Of a DNA stretch of 64,000 nt, positions 47,235 through 56,757 are shown one piece after another (position 1 is the stretch's first letter; the number at the start of each line of letters is the position of its first letter). Position numbers and translations under genes: made by a program. Source of the DNA: an uncultured bacterium (GTDB lineage: Bacteria; Patescibacteriota; Minisyncoccia; Phycocordibacterales; UBA9973); NCBI GenBank assembly GCA_937903035.1, contig CALCZP010000003.1, positions 65,156 through 129,155 of the forward strand, given 5' to 3'. The notes under the pieces are model-generated. The model made no database searches. It was given only the letters and a program-made list of their open reading frames with translations, and was not told where the DNA came from.

Positions 47235-48380
47235 ATGAATCCACTTTCTTCACTTCCAAAACTTTCAGGTGCCCGTGTACTCGTTCGTGTTGACTTCAAT
47301 GTACCACTCAAAGGCAACAAAATCCTCGATACTCGACGTATCGATGCAAGCTTTAAAACCATTGATGTAGTACTTAAAAAAGGTGGCACTCCAGTGCTTC
47401 TCGCACACCTGGGCAAAGATGGTACAGAGAGTCTTCGTCCTGTTGCGACCTACCTTTCAAAGATCTACAAGATCGTGTTTGTCACTGAGGATCTGATGAG
47501 TGCTCATTTTGCCGAGATTCTCGCACAAGTACCAGCAAAGACTGTGGTCTTGATTGAGAACATTCGTCGGTATCCGGGAGAGGAGAGTAATGACAAAGCA
47601 TTTGCAAAGCGTCTCGCCTTATTCGGCACATACTATATCAATGACGCATTTTCTGTATCACACCGTGCACACGCGACAGTCGTCGGTATCCCAGCACTTC
47701 TTCCGTCATTTGTGGGTGCCACTTTGCAGTGTGAGATTGATGCAGAGTCTCCAGTCATCGAAGATCCAAAGCATCCATTTGTTTTTATCCTTGGTGGAGC
47801 AAAATTTGAAACTAAGATTCCGCTTATTGCGCGATTCATCAAGAGTGCAGACTCGATTGTTGTTGCAGGTGCAATATTGAACAACTTCTACAAAGTTGCA
47901 GGATTTGAAGTAGGGGACTCAGTCGTCGAGGATGGGTATGATATCCAGATCAAAAAGCTTCTCAAAGATCCAAAGCTTTTGCTCCCAATTGATCTCATGG
48001 TACTCCGTAATGATAAGAAGAAAACAGTAGCGGTAGACGAAGTGCAGAAAGGTGACATCATTGCAGACATCGGTCCTCGCAGTGTTGAACTCATCAGTGC
48101 AAAGATCGCCAAAGCAAAGCTTGTCGTTTGGAACGGCCCGACCGGTTGGTATGAAAAAGGCTTTACCAAGGCGACGACCGACCTCGCAAAGGCGATTAAT
48201 GCATCAAAGGTAAGTGCAGTCATTGGTGGAGGTGACACCGGTGCAGTCATTGAGAAGACCTTGGGAGACAGGGCCAACAAGAAACTCTTTATCTCGACAG
48301 GTGGTGGGGCAACACTCGACTACCTCTCAAAGGGTACCCTTCCGGGTATCAAGGCACTTGCCAAATCAAAAAAGATTTAG
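47235..48380 (+). CDS. pgk: Phosphoglycerate kinase
   Basis: RVDFNVP, HLG, LGGAK, WNGP, GGGDT, STGGGA. Confidence 0.95.
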   Translation: MNPLSSLPKLSGARVLVRVDFNVPLKGNKILDTRRIDASFKTIDVVLKKGGTPVLLAHLGKDGTESLRPVATYLSKIYKIVFVTEDLMSAHFAEILAQVPAKTVVLIENIRRYPGEESNDKAFAKRLALFGTYYINDAFSVSHRAHATVVGIPALLPSFVGATLQCEIDAESPVIEDPKHPFVFILGGAKFETKIPLIARFIKSADSIVVAGAILNNFYKVAGFEVGDSVVEDGYDIQIKKLLKDPKLLLPIDLMVLRNDKKKTVAVDEVQKGDIIADIGPRSVELISAKIAKAKLVVWNGPTGWYEKGFTKATTDLAKAINASKVSAVIGGGDTGAVIEKTLGDRANKKLFISTGGGATLDYLSKGTLPGIKALAKSKKI

Positions 48381-48569
48381 TATTGTAAACCAGGTTTATT
48401 CATAGAATATTGGATTATAACTGCCCCTGTTTCTACAGGGGCTTTTCTTTTTCCCGGACAATTTGGAGAGCTTTTTATGTTATACTAGGTTCAAGATTCA
48501 CTACCGCTGAGTACTATAAAATCCGATTTCCGAAACAACAAAAGCCCGCTTTTTCTAGAGAGGGCTTTT

Positions 48570-48974
48570 TTATTTGAGCGCAGTAGCAATTTTGCTAGCG
48601 TAAATAGTCAACTCCTCGGGGTTTTCATAGGGAACATAAGGTCGAGTTGTTATACCAACAGGATCAGTGAGTTTGCGGGGAATAAGGTGAATATGAAAGT
48701 GTGGGACTTCATTTCCGACAACGCCGACTTGGACATAGTCGCATCCGAGTCCTTTGCGCATAGCCTCAATAATCTCTTTTGCCTTAATGAATATCTCGCC
48801 GACAAGCGGGCTTGGTACGTCATGAATCCAGGTATAGTGCTCTTTGGGAATAAGGAGGGTGTGTCCTTTGTTTACCGGATTGATATCCATGAATGCCAAG
48901 AATTGTTCATCTTCATAGACTCTGGTTGCAGGGATTTCTCCTCGAATGATTTTGCCGAAAATAGTGTCGTTCAT
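48570..48974 (-). CDS. HIT family hydrolase
   Basis: IFGKII.GEIP, FMDINP..GHTL, VPHFHIHLIPR. Confidence 0.93.
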   Translation of the reverse strand: MNDTIFGKIIRGEIPATRVYEDEQFLAFMDINPVNKGHTLLIPKEHYTWIHDVPSPLVGEIFIKAKEIIEAMRKGLGCDYVQVGVVGNEVPHFHIHLIPRKLTDPVGITTRPYVPYENPEELTIYASKIATALK

Positions 48975-49014
48975 ATGGAAAAGTATACCATTTGGTTATG
49001 GTACAATCCGTCTC

Positions 49015-50658
49015 ATGCAGGTTACTATTCCGAATCCAGAGCAATTGAAATCCCTCCTTCTCGAGTATTACAACATTGCTCCACATGAGACTGCTGACTT
49101 TCTTTCACCTAAATATGAACTCGGTGATCCATTTTTATTTCATGACATGGGTAGGGCGGTAGAGCGTATTTATCAAGCAGTCACAAGTAACGAACACATT
49201 GGTATTTATGCGGACTATGACTGTGATGGTATTCCTGCAGCGGTGATACTCCTTGATCTTTTTAAAAAGCTCGATATCGCTGATCGAGTGCATGTCTATA
49301 TTCCTGACCGACATGATGAAGGATATGGGGTGAGTACGCTTGGTATCAGTGGGCTTGAGAAATATGGAGTGACTGTCATCATTACGGTTGATGTCGGTAT
49401 TACTGCAGTTGCAGAAATAGCTGACGCACAAGCACGAGGTATCGACGTGATACTTACTGATCACCATCAAGAGCTCGCAAGTGGTCTCCCTCAAGCATAT
49501 GCGGTGGTGCATCCATGCAAGAGTGACTATCCGAGTACAGATCCATGCGGGGCGGCGATGGCATTTCATCTCGTCCGTGCGTATGTTGCGCGATATGGCA
49601 AGGACGCAGGGATTATTGACGGGTGGGAGAAGTGGCTTTTGGATCTCGCAGGTTTTGCTACGCTTTCGGATATGGTACCGCTTCGTGGAGAAAATCGCGC
49701 ACTCGCAGGCTTTGGACTATCGGTGATGAAGAAAACTCGTCGTGTCGGCCTTCAAGCACTTTTTGCTAAAAACAAGCTCATGATGCCAATGCTCACTGAG
49801 ACTGATCTTACCTTTACGGTTGCACCACGACTCAACGCCGCGTCTCGTATGGATACACCCCAGCTTGCATTTGAACTCCTCTCGACTGACTCACTATCTC
49901 GCGCGACAGCGATCGTCGATCGACTTGATGAGATCAATGCCGAGCGCAAACTTCTCGTTGCACGTATTGTGAAGACTGCACATGCCCATCTCGCAGGTCG
50001 TGAACTCCCAGCTATCGTCGTCGTAGGGGATCTCGAGTGGCGTCCAGCAGTACTTGGACTGGTAGCCAACAAACTCCAAGAACACTACAAGCGAAGCTTT
50101 TTTGTCTGGGGTGAGGCAGGGGATGGCGTCATCAAAGGCTCATGCCGTATGCAGCCTGAGCACCATGCGGCATTGCTATTCCAAGCGCTTCCTGAGAGTG
50201 CATTACTTCATGCAGGAGGACACCAAGCAGCGGGAGGATTTGCTGTGTCCAAAGAGCAAGTGCATTTTCTCGAAGCTGCACTGAACGATGCAGCATCTCG
50301 TACTGAATATGTCGAGGATACATCTGATACATCTCCTGCAATCCCGCTACCACTTGCTGCAGTGACGACACGACATCTTCAAGCGATACGACAATTCGCA
50401 CCCTTTGGTGTTGGTAACCCCGAGCCACTCTTTCTCTTTGAAAACGTCACGGTTGATAGTGTCAAAATGTTTGGAAAATCTAAAGAGCATATCGAATGCA
50501 CGGTGCGCGATATCACGGGCATGGCGACTACATTTTCTTTCTTTGCATCTGATGAACTCATCGAGAAACTGGTCGCAGATACCATCATTTCATTTACAGG
50601 TACACTCGAAGCCGGCTGGCGCGGGGGAGTACGGATACATTTGAAAGAAATAACATAA
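49015..50658 (+). CDS. recJ: ssDNA-specific exonuclease RecJ
   Basis: YADYDCDG, PDRHDEGYG, TVDVG, TDHH, DMVPL, PRLNAASR, GGHQAAGG, PFGVGNPEP. Confidence 0.94.
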   Translation: MQVTIPNPEQLKSLLLEYYNIAPHETADFLSPKYELGDPFLFHDMGRAVERIYQAVTSNEHIGIYADYDCDGIPAAVILLDLFKKLDIADRVHVYIPDRHDEGYGVSTLGISGLEKYGVTVIITVDVGITAVAEIADAQARGIDVILTDHHQELASGLPQAYAVVHPCKSDYPSTDPCGAAMAFHLVRAYVARYGKDAGIIDGWEKWLLDLAGFATLSDMVPLRGENRALAGFGLSVMKKTRRVGLQALFAKNKLMMPMLTETDLTFTVAPRLNAASRMDTPQLAFELLSTDSLSRATAIVDRLDEINAERKLLVARIVKTAHAHLAGRELPAIVVVGDLEWRPAVLGLVANKLQEHYKRSFFVWGEAGDGVIKGSCRMQPEHHAALLFQALPESALLHAGGHQAAGGFAVSKEQVHFLEAALNDAASRTEYVEDTSDTSPAIPLPLAAVTTRHLQAIRQFAPFGVGNPEPLFLFENVTVDSVKMFGKSKEHIECTVRDITGMATTFSFFASDELIEKLVADTIISFTGTLEAGWRGGVRIHLKEIT

Positions 50659-50689
50659 AAAGACCGAATATCTGTTCGGTCTTTTTATG

Positions 50690-51097
50690 TTATTTCTTTT
50701 CTTCAAGGAGTTTGATGATCTTGTCGAGCTTATTTTCTTCGATGGCGTCGAGACGTTTCATAAGTCCTTCAATTTCTTCTTTTGCCTGAAGGTTGGTTTC
50801 GTAGTCAGCGGTTGCCTGTGCATGATCGCGTTCGCTCTGACGTTTTTCACTAATAAGAATAAATGTTGAGAGGAAGATTGCTTCAAGCGAGACGATCATG
50901 GTGAGGAGTCCATAGGGGAATCCTTCGACGCGAAAAGCGATCCATACAAAGAACCAGATTGCGTGAATGATCAAGAATGTCCATGATCCTGCAGCGTTTG
51001 AGATCATATCGGCAACCTTTTGACCAAGGGTGCGGTTCGCCATATGTTCTTCGTGCCATGCTTTGGTGTGTCGGGGTAATGGAGTCATATGCATCAT
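50690..51097 (-). CDS. DUF1003 family membrane protein
   Basis: GSWTF, FPYGLLTMIVSLEAIFLSTFILISE. Confidence 0.85.
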   Translation of the reverse strand: MMHMTPLPRHTKAWHEEHMANRTLGQKVADMISNAAGSWTFLIIHAIWFFVWIAFRVEGFPYGLLTMIVSLEAIFLSTFILISEKRQSERDHAQATADYETNLQAKEEIEGLMKRLDAIEENKLDKIIKLLEEKK

Positions 51098-51117
51098 GAT
51101 ACTGCTATACTGTCGAT

Positions 51118-51849
51118 ATGAAAAGCGACATCATTATTTATACCGACGGGGCATCCCGAGGCAATCCTGGTCCGGGCGGCTGGGCTGCTATTATTCTGAC
51201 TGATAAAAATGCCATTGAGCTTGCGGGTGCGCAGAAGCCAGCGACCAACAACCAGATGGAGCTCATGGCAGTTGCCGAGGCGCTCCAATATGTAATGGAC
51301 GAATCTGCGGGTACGGTACCCGAAGTCGCACTCCACACTGACTCGACCTACGTACTCAAAGGACTCGAGTCATGGCTTGATGGCTGGCAGCGTAACGGCT
51401 GGATGACCAAAGCCAAGACGCCGGTTGAGAACCGTGCGATCTGGGAACGACTCTATGACTTGCGCCAAGCATTTGGTCGCAAGCTTACGCTCGTCAAAGT
51501 CGCAGGACACAGTGGCCATGCGTACAATGACCGGTGTGATGAGATGGCGGTGGCTGCAGCGCTCGGCAACGATACAAATCTTTTTGAAGGTGCTCGCTCT
51601 GAATACGAAACACGCCTCCTCGAAACACCACCCAAATCTCCACCTAAAAAAGCCACATCCAAATCAAACAAAGGCGAAGCGTATTCATATGTCTCACTCG
51701 TCGGTGGTAAAGTCCATGTCGATAGTACGTGGGCAGCATGTGAAAAGCGCGTCAAAGGCACCAAGGGCGCAAAGTATAAAAAAGCCCTTTCCAAAGCTGA
51801 TGAGACTTCACTCATTCAGGATTACACACTTTCTTCATTGCTTGGGTAA
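51118..51849 (+). CDS. rnhA: Ribonuclease HI with a C-terminal viroplasmin-like hybrid-binding domain
   Basis: YTDGASRGNPGPGGW, TNNQMEL, TDSTYV, VAGHSG..NDRCD; tail TWAACEKRVKGTKGAKYKK. Confidence 0.92.
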   Translation: MKSDIIIYTDGASRGNPGPGGWAAIILTDKNAIELAGAQKPATNNQMELMAVAEALQYVMDESAGTVPEVALHTDSTYVLKGLESWLDGWQRNGWMTKAKTPVENRAIWERLYDLRQAFGRKLTLVKVAGHSGHAYNDRCDEMAVAAALGNDTNLFEGARSEYETRLLETPPKSPPKKATSKSNKGEAYSYVSLVGGKVHVDSTWAACEKRVKGTKGAKYKKALSKADETSLIQDYTLSSLLG

Positions 51850-51890
51850 TCTTTAACTATTTTTGATACTGCCGATCATATACTCACGAT

Positions 51891-53348
51891 ATGATCGAAT
51901 TCATTGCACTCTCGCTCACCTGTGGGGCACTCATGTATCAGTCGTTTCATGTGTCGATCGTAGATAGTGCAATACTTTCGTGTTTCATAGCGTCTGGAAT
52001 GTTTCTCATGATTCGGACGATGCGAGGAATGTTATTTGGATTGTTACTTGGTGTCTCGTTTGTCTGTGGCACACTGCTCATGTGGCAGCATGATGAACTT
52101 GTACCAAAAAGTATCTTTAGCGATCGAGCATTTGATGCACGAGTTGTGTCAGTTGATCGCAAGCTCGACAAGACTGTACTTGTCGTGAATGACAGACTCT
52201 ATGATACAAAACTCAGTGTCACTTTATACTCGCATCAGAAGCTCTTGCCAGGTGATAACATTGCGATCACTGGAAGTGTTATGGAGCCTGAAGATTTTGC
52301 AACCGATACGGGGCGTATTTTTCCCTATCAGGAGTATCTCGCTAGTAAGGGGGTAGTCGGGGTAGTGCATCGTGCGAATGTCCATCTGGTATCACAAGGA
52401 GGTTTCACCCTATCGCGCATCGCCACAATACTTCGGTTTCATATTGCGGACGTATTTACACAATACGTTTCATTTCCGATTGATGGAGTACTTGCGGGAA
52501 TGCTTGTCGGCTATCAAGGCGGTTTACCGGATACGATACAAGATGTGTTCAAAGAAACGGGTGTGCTCCATGTGCTAGTACTCAGTGGGTACAACATTAC
52601 ACTGCTTGCAGGATTTCTCGGACTTCTCATGCGCAGGCTTCCGTTTCGATTACGAACAATCTTGATCATTATATGTATCACACTCCTCGTTCTCATTAGT
52701 GGTGCAGGAGTCGCAAGTGTACGTGCAGGCGTGATGGGATCTATTGCACTCTTTGCGGGACTGTCGATTCATACCTATCGTCCACTTCGCGCACTCACGA
52801 TTGCATATTTATTCTTTTTCATATTGTCACCCTCAACCGTATTTATTGATCCTGGCTTTCATCTGTCATTTCTTGCAACACTGTTTATGATTCTCGTACT
52901 TCCAAAAATTGAAAGATGGTTTCACTTCATTCCGTCTACTCCCTATGTTGATATTAGGGAACTACTTCTCCTTGCAATACTCGTGCCGATATTCATGCTG
53001 CCCTACACGATGTACTTCAATGGAAACGTCCCGCTCGCATCTCCGTTTGCGAATATTTTACTCGCACTCGTGACACCACTAATTATGCTTGTCGGAATTG
53101 TGCTGTTGAGTGTTTCATGGATTCCATTTATTGTGTCACTTGTTGGAATGTTGATTAGCTTAATTGGACAATTCATCATATCGTTACTCCAAGTATTGAA
53201 TCACCTCCCTATATGGAACACTCCACCGCTTGCGTGGTGGAGTGTGGATCTCATCTATATTGCATTTCTCGTGTGGTTGTTTCGAGTAGAGCTTATGACG
53301 TACGTGTTGCAGCTTGGAAGTTTGCTTCGGCGACGGACCAGTTCATAG
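51891..53348 (+). CDS. comEC: ComEC/Rec2 competence channel (membrane part)
   Basis: OB-like region, TGVLHVLVLSGYN, SVRAGVM, DPGFHLSFLA, many TM segments. Confidence 0.9.
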   Translation: MIEFIALSLTCGALMYQSFHVSIVDSAILSCFIASGMFLMIRTMRGMLFGLLLGVSFVCGTLLMWQHDELVPKSIFSDRAFDARVVSVDRKLDKTVLVVNDRLYDTKLSVTLYSHQKLLPGDNIAITGSVMEPEDFATDTGRIFPYQEYLASKGVVGVVHRANVHLVSQGGFTLSRIATILRFHIADVFTQYVSFPIDGVLAGMLVGYQGGLPDTIQDVFKETGVLHVLVLSGYNITLLAGFLGLLMRRLPFRLRTILIIICITLLVLISGAGVASVRAGVMGSIALFAGLSIHTYRPLRALTIAYLFFFILSPSTVFIDPGFHLSFLATLFMILVLPKIERWFHFIPSTPYVDIRELLLLAILVPIFMLPYTMYFNGNVPLASPFANILLALVTPLIMLVGIVLLSVSWIPFIVSLVGMLISLIGQFIISLLQVLNHLPIWNTPPLAWWSVDLIYIAFLVWLFRVELMTYVLQLGSLLRRRTSS

Positions 53349-53886
53349 TTGCAAAGAAGTCCTCAACGTACTGTTTCTTGCCGCTTGGCTGGTAGTCAGC
53401 GACATATGCGTGCTCCCACATATCAAGCGCGATGATAATGTCGCATCCGGCAAGTTGTCCGAGGTGCTGCTCGTCTACCCATCCAGGGAGGATCATATCA
53501 GTAGCACAGTCGTAGTAGAGCATCGCCCAGCCGATACCACGTGTCATCGCAATCATCTTCATACGCGTGATGAAGGTTTCGATTGAGCTCCATTGTGCAA
53601 TAATTTTCTTGTAGAGGGCTGATTCTGGATTTGGTGCCTGTGCACCAGAGAGGAGCTCAAAGTACACCTCATGGTTCTTGATACCACCCCATTCAAATGA
53701 AAATCTGCGCTGAAGCTCACCGAGCTCATACGCGTATTTCTCAGCATCTTTGGAGAGCTCGACGCCATGCTCCATGATGAGGTTGGCATGCTTTACATAG
53801 CCCGCATAGAGCTTCTTGTGCTCGTCGTGGGTCGTAGTACTAATCTTGCCAAACGGCTGTGGGGAAAATGATTTTTCGATAAACAT
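53293..53886 (-). CDS. Fe/Mn superoxide dismutase family protein
   Basis: HKKLYAGYV, NHEVYF, GIGWAML, LDMWEHAY. Overlaps the comEC 3' end convergently. Confidence 0.9.
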   Translation of the reverse strand: MFIEKSFSPQPFGKISTTTHDEHKKLYAGYVKHANLIMEHGVELSKDAEKYAYELGELQRRFSFEWGGIKNHEVYFELLSGAQAPNPESALYKKIIAQWSSIETFITRMKMIAMTRGIGWAMLYYDCATDMILPGWVDEQHLGQLAGCDIIIALDMWEHAYVADYQPSGKKQYVEDFFATMNWSVAEANFQAATRTS

Positions 53887-53901
53887 AAGGAAAGTATATA
53901 T

Positions 53902-54019
53902 GAAAAACCAAAAGAAGTACCGCTCAAAACACGCGCATATTTTTGTGCTCAAAAATTGTTATTCTCGCGCCAGTCGCGCTTGCGAAATGTGTTTATCACG
54001 GTACTTCTTTTGGTTTTTC
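53902..54019. repeat. 118-bp element bounded by a perfect 21-bp inverted repeat
   Basis: GAAAAACCAAAAGAAGTACCG (53902-53922) and its reverse complement (53999-54019); two internal hairpins. Confidence 0.85.
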
Positions 54020-54046
54020 TTGAAGTACTCGTAGTAGAATCTAGTA

Positions 54047-54922
54047 ATGCAACGTAAATCTCGCAATCTCTTGCTTCTCCTTATTGCAATATTTACTCTT
54101 GGTATCTATTGCTTTACACATCAACCAAAAGGAGTGACTGATGTTTCACTTGGCCATGTCTATATGCTCGATGTGGGGCAGGGTGATAGCTTTTTGATAC
54201 AGGCTCCAAATGGCCGGCAGCTACTCATTGATGGTGGCAAGGATTCAAAAGTACTGCGTGAGCTTGTTAACGTCATGCCCGTAGGTGATCGATCGATTGA
54301 TGTGGTGATTGCGACACATCCGGACGCGGATCATGTCGGTGGACTTGCGTCAGTACTGAGTCGATATCAAGTTGATTTATTCATGACGACACAGGCAGCG
54401 TCGGACACTGATGTGTATATGGAACTTATGAAGCTAGTCGCTGACCAGCAGATCCCTGCATACTACGCGCGCCACGGCATAACGCTCATGCTCGACCGAC
54501 AGCACCAGACGAGATTTTCAATACTATTTCCTGATCGTGATACGAGTGGCTGGGAGACTAATACTGCATCAATAGTTGGGAGACTTGATATTGGTAAAAC
54601 CAGCGCACTTTTTACAGGTGATAGTCCACTATCAATCGAGCAGTACCTCGCAAAAAAAGCTGATCCAAAAAGTATTGATGTTGACATCTTGAAGCTCGGT
54701 CATCATGGCTCTAAAACGTCATCAAGTCTTGAATACCTGAGGGCAACATCGCCTATACTTGCACTGATCTCTGCTGGCTATCACAACAGCTATGGACATC
54801 CTGCACCAGAAGTCGTTTCGCGTCTCCTGTCACTCAAGATCCCATCCATAAGTACGATCGACAAAGGCACCGTCACGCTTTCAAGTGATGGCGTGAAATG
54901 GATGACACAAACTGAGAAATAA
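54047..54922 (+). CDS. ComEC-type metallo-beta-lactamase domain protein (separate gene)
   Basis: LDVGQGDS, LIDGG, THPDADHVGG, LFTGD, KLGHHGS, NSYGHP. Confidence 0.92.
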   Translation: MQRKSRNLLLLLIAIFTLGIYCFTHQPKGVTDVSLGHVYMLDVGQGDSFLIQAPNGRQLLIDGGKDSKVLRELVNVMPVGDRSIDVVIATHPDADHVGGLASVLSRYQVDLFMTTQAASDTDVYMELMKLVADQQIPAYYARHGITLMLDRQHQTRFSILFPDRDTSGWETNTASIVGRLDIGKTSALFTGDSPLSIEQYLAKKADPKSIDVDILKLGHHGSKTSSSLEYLRATSPILALISAGYHNSYGHPAPEVVSRLLSLKIPSISTIDKGTVTLSSDGVKWMTQTEK

Positions 54923-54944
54923 CAGACCCTGATATACTAGGAGT

Positions 54945-55376
54945 ATGAAAAAATTCTTCACCAAATTTCACATCTATCTCAGTCACCATTCATTTCTCTA
55001 TGCACTGATTGTGGGATTTGGCATCGTCTTGTTTTGGCGCGGAGTATGGCACAGCGTGGATTTGCTGCATCTGTACATCAGTCACTACCATGCAACAGCG
55101 TCAATCGATCTTGTAGAACATCCATGGTGGGACGGACCATTATCACTTATTGTGGGTACCGTTATTCTCTATATTACTCGAGCATTTGTCTCAAGCTTCA
55201 TTGGTAATGAGCTTATCCTGTCAGGGCTTCGAACAGAAACAAAACTGACTGAACAGACTGATAGTGATGTTAGAGGAGAAGTACATGCCATCACTGACAT
55301 CAAAGAGGAAATCTCACTCATCATGCACAAGCTCGAAGAACTCGAAGTGAAAGTTCGAGATCATCACGAGAAATAG
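54945..55376 (+). CDS. Hypothetical two-TM membrane protein with a coiled-coil tail
   Basis: GIVLFWRGVW motif; two TM segments. Confidence 0.75.
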   Translation: MKKFFTKFHIYLSHHSFLYALIVGFGIVLFWRGVWHSVDLLHLYISHYHATASIDLVEHPWWDGPLSLIVGTVILYITRAFVSSFIGNELILSGLRTETKLTEQTDSDVRGEVHAITDIKEEISLIMHKLEELEVKVRDHHEK

Positions 55377-55378
55377 AA

Positions 55379-55606
55379 TTATTTTGTATCAATCTGAATC
55401 GAGTGCTTGCCCCAGTGGATTCTGTTCCATGCGCGCTCGTGGACGAAGTACAAAAGGAGGCTAATCATATTTGAGATAAGGACAAGCATGATGGTCTGCT
55501 GTGCATTGTGCGTGATAGCCCAGGCAAGTAAGCTATCCATAATGATAGAGAGGAGGCGATAGGTGAGGGCTTTGATGATCGAACGGCTACGTTTTTCTTT
55601 GTGCAT
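55379..55606 (-). CDS. DUF2061-like small membrane protein
   Basis: RSIIKALTYR...YFVHERAWNRIHWG. Confidence 0.8.
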   Translation of the reverse strand: MHKEKRSRSIIKALTYRLLSIIMDSLLAWAITHNAQQTIMLVLISNMISLLLYFVHERAWNRIHWGKHSIQIDTK

Positions 55607-55660
55607 CCAAGAAGTATACCAAAGAAAAAAGTGCTCATCCTGAGCACTTTTTTCGAGAAA

Positions 55661-55906
55661 TTATTTTACGAGACCAGCTTTCTTGAGGGTGCTGTATGCA
55701 CCGTTTTTCTGGATGGTCTTGAGACCACGAGTTGAAACGGTGATAACGATAGTCTTGTTGAGTTCAGGGACAAATACCCGTTTCTTTTGGAGGTTTGCGT
55801 ACTTGCGGGTCGCCGGGATCGGGTTGTACTTGGTCGCACGAACAGAGTTGGAGTAACCTCCGACAACCTGTGAGCTTTTATTGGTGATAGCGCATACTTT
55901 TGCCAT
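55661..55906 (-). CDS. rpmB: 50S ribosomal protein L28
   Basis: MAKVCAITNK...ANLQKKR...VSTRGLKTI. Confidence 0.9.
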   Translation of the reverse strand: MAKVCAITNKSSQVVGGYSNSVRATKYNPIPATRKYANLQKKRVFVPELNKTIVITVSTRGLKTIQKNGAYSTLKKAGLVK

Positions 55907-55949
55907 ATGTCCGAGAATCCTATCATACGGCTGCCTCTTTCGCAACAAG

Positions 55950-56070
55950 TACCACGCCATAGATACATATTCCTCTAAAACCACAACATTTTTTAGCAGA
56001 AAAATGTCTCCGTACGATCCCAGTCAGGGCTCCGGAGGTTTTTCTCGCAACATGTATCTATGGCATGGTA
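55950..56070. repeat. 121-bp element bounded by an 18/19-bp inverted repeat
   Basis: TACCACGCCATAGATACAT (55950-55968) vs ATGTATCTATGGCATGGTA (56052-56070); two internal hairpins. Confidence 0.8.
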
Positions 56071-56085
56071 TCCTTGTATATCTTT

Positions 56086-56709
56086 ATGACCGGACCGCTT
56101 TCCATCTTTTATTTCATCGTCCTCATCTTCTCAATCATTGTGCATGAGGTTGCGCATGGACTTGCTGCTGAGCAAGAAGGGGATCCGACTGCAAGACTCC
56201 TTGGACGTATTACGCTCAATCCACTCAAACACATTGATATTTTTGGCTCAATCCTCCTTCCCTTGGTCCTTATACTGACGAATGCAGGTTTCATTCTTGG
56301 CTGGGCAAAGCCGGTCCCGTACAACCTTCAAAACCTCAATAATGGGAATAAAAGCGTCGCTAAAGTTTCTAGTGCGGGCATTGTTGCCAATCTCTCAATT
56401 GCGGTCATTTTTGGACTCCTCATCCGTGCAGGGTTGGCGTTTGGCTTTGCAAATGCTGCATTAATTCAGATTTCAAGCATTATTGTTCTCGTTAATATTA
56501 TCCTTGCACTCTTTAATGCGGTCCCACTTGCACCACTTGATGGCTTCAGATTTCTGGGAGCAATACTTCCTCGTCGTGCAGAGCCTACGATGCGCTTTAT
56601 TGAGCAGTACAGTTTGCCGCTTCTCATTGCTTTTATTCTCTTTGGGTGGAAAGTGGTGGCACCATTTGGCTTTGTACTGTTTTCACTGATTACTGGGATT
56701 GCCGTCTAG
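56086..56709 (+). CDS. Site-2 protease (M50 family)
   Basis: HEVAHG, GDPT, TLNPLKHID, GWAKPVP, FNAVPLAPLDG. Confidence 0.93.
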   Translation: MTGPLSIFYFIVLIFSIIVHEVAHGLAAEQEGDPTARLLGRITLNPLKHIDIFGSILLPLVLILTNAGFILGWAKPVPYNLQNLNNGNKSVAKVSSAGIVANLSIAVIFGLLIRAGLAFGFANAALIQISSIIVLVNIILALFNAVPLAPLDGFRFLGAILPRRAEPTMRFIEQYSLPLLIAFILFGWKVVAPFGFVLFSLITGIAV

Positions 56710-56757
56710 TCACCAAATGCTTGCGTTCTCTCGCGTGTTGTAGTAGCATAGCGGGAC

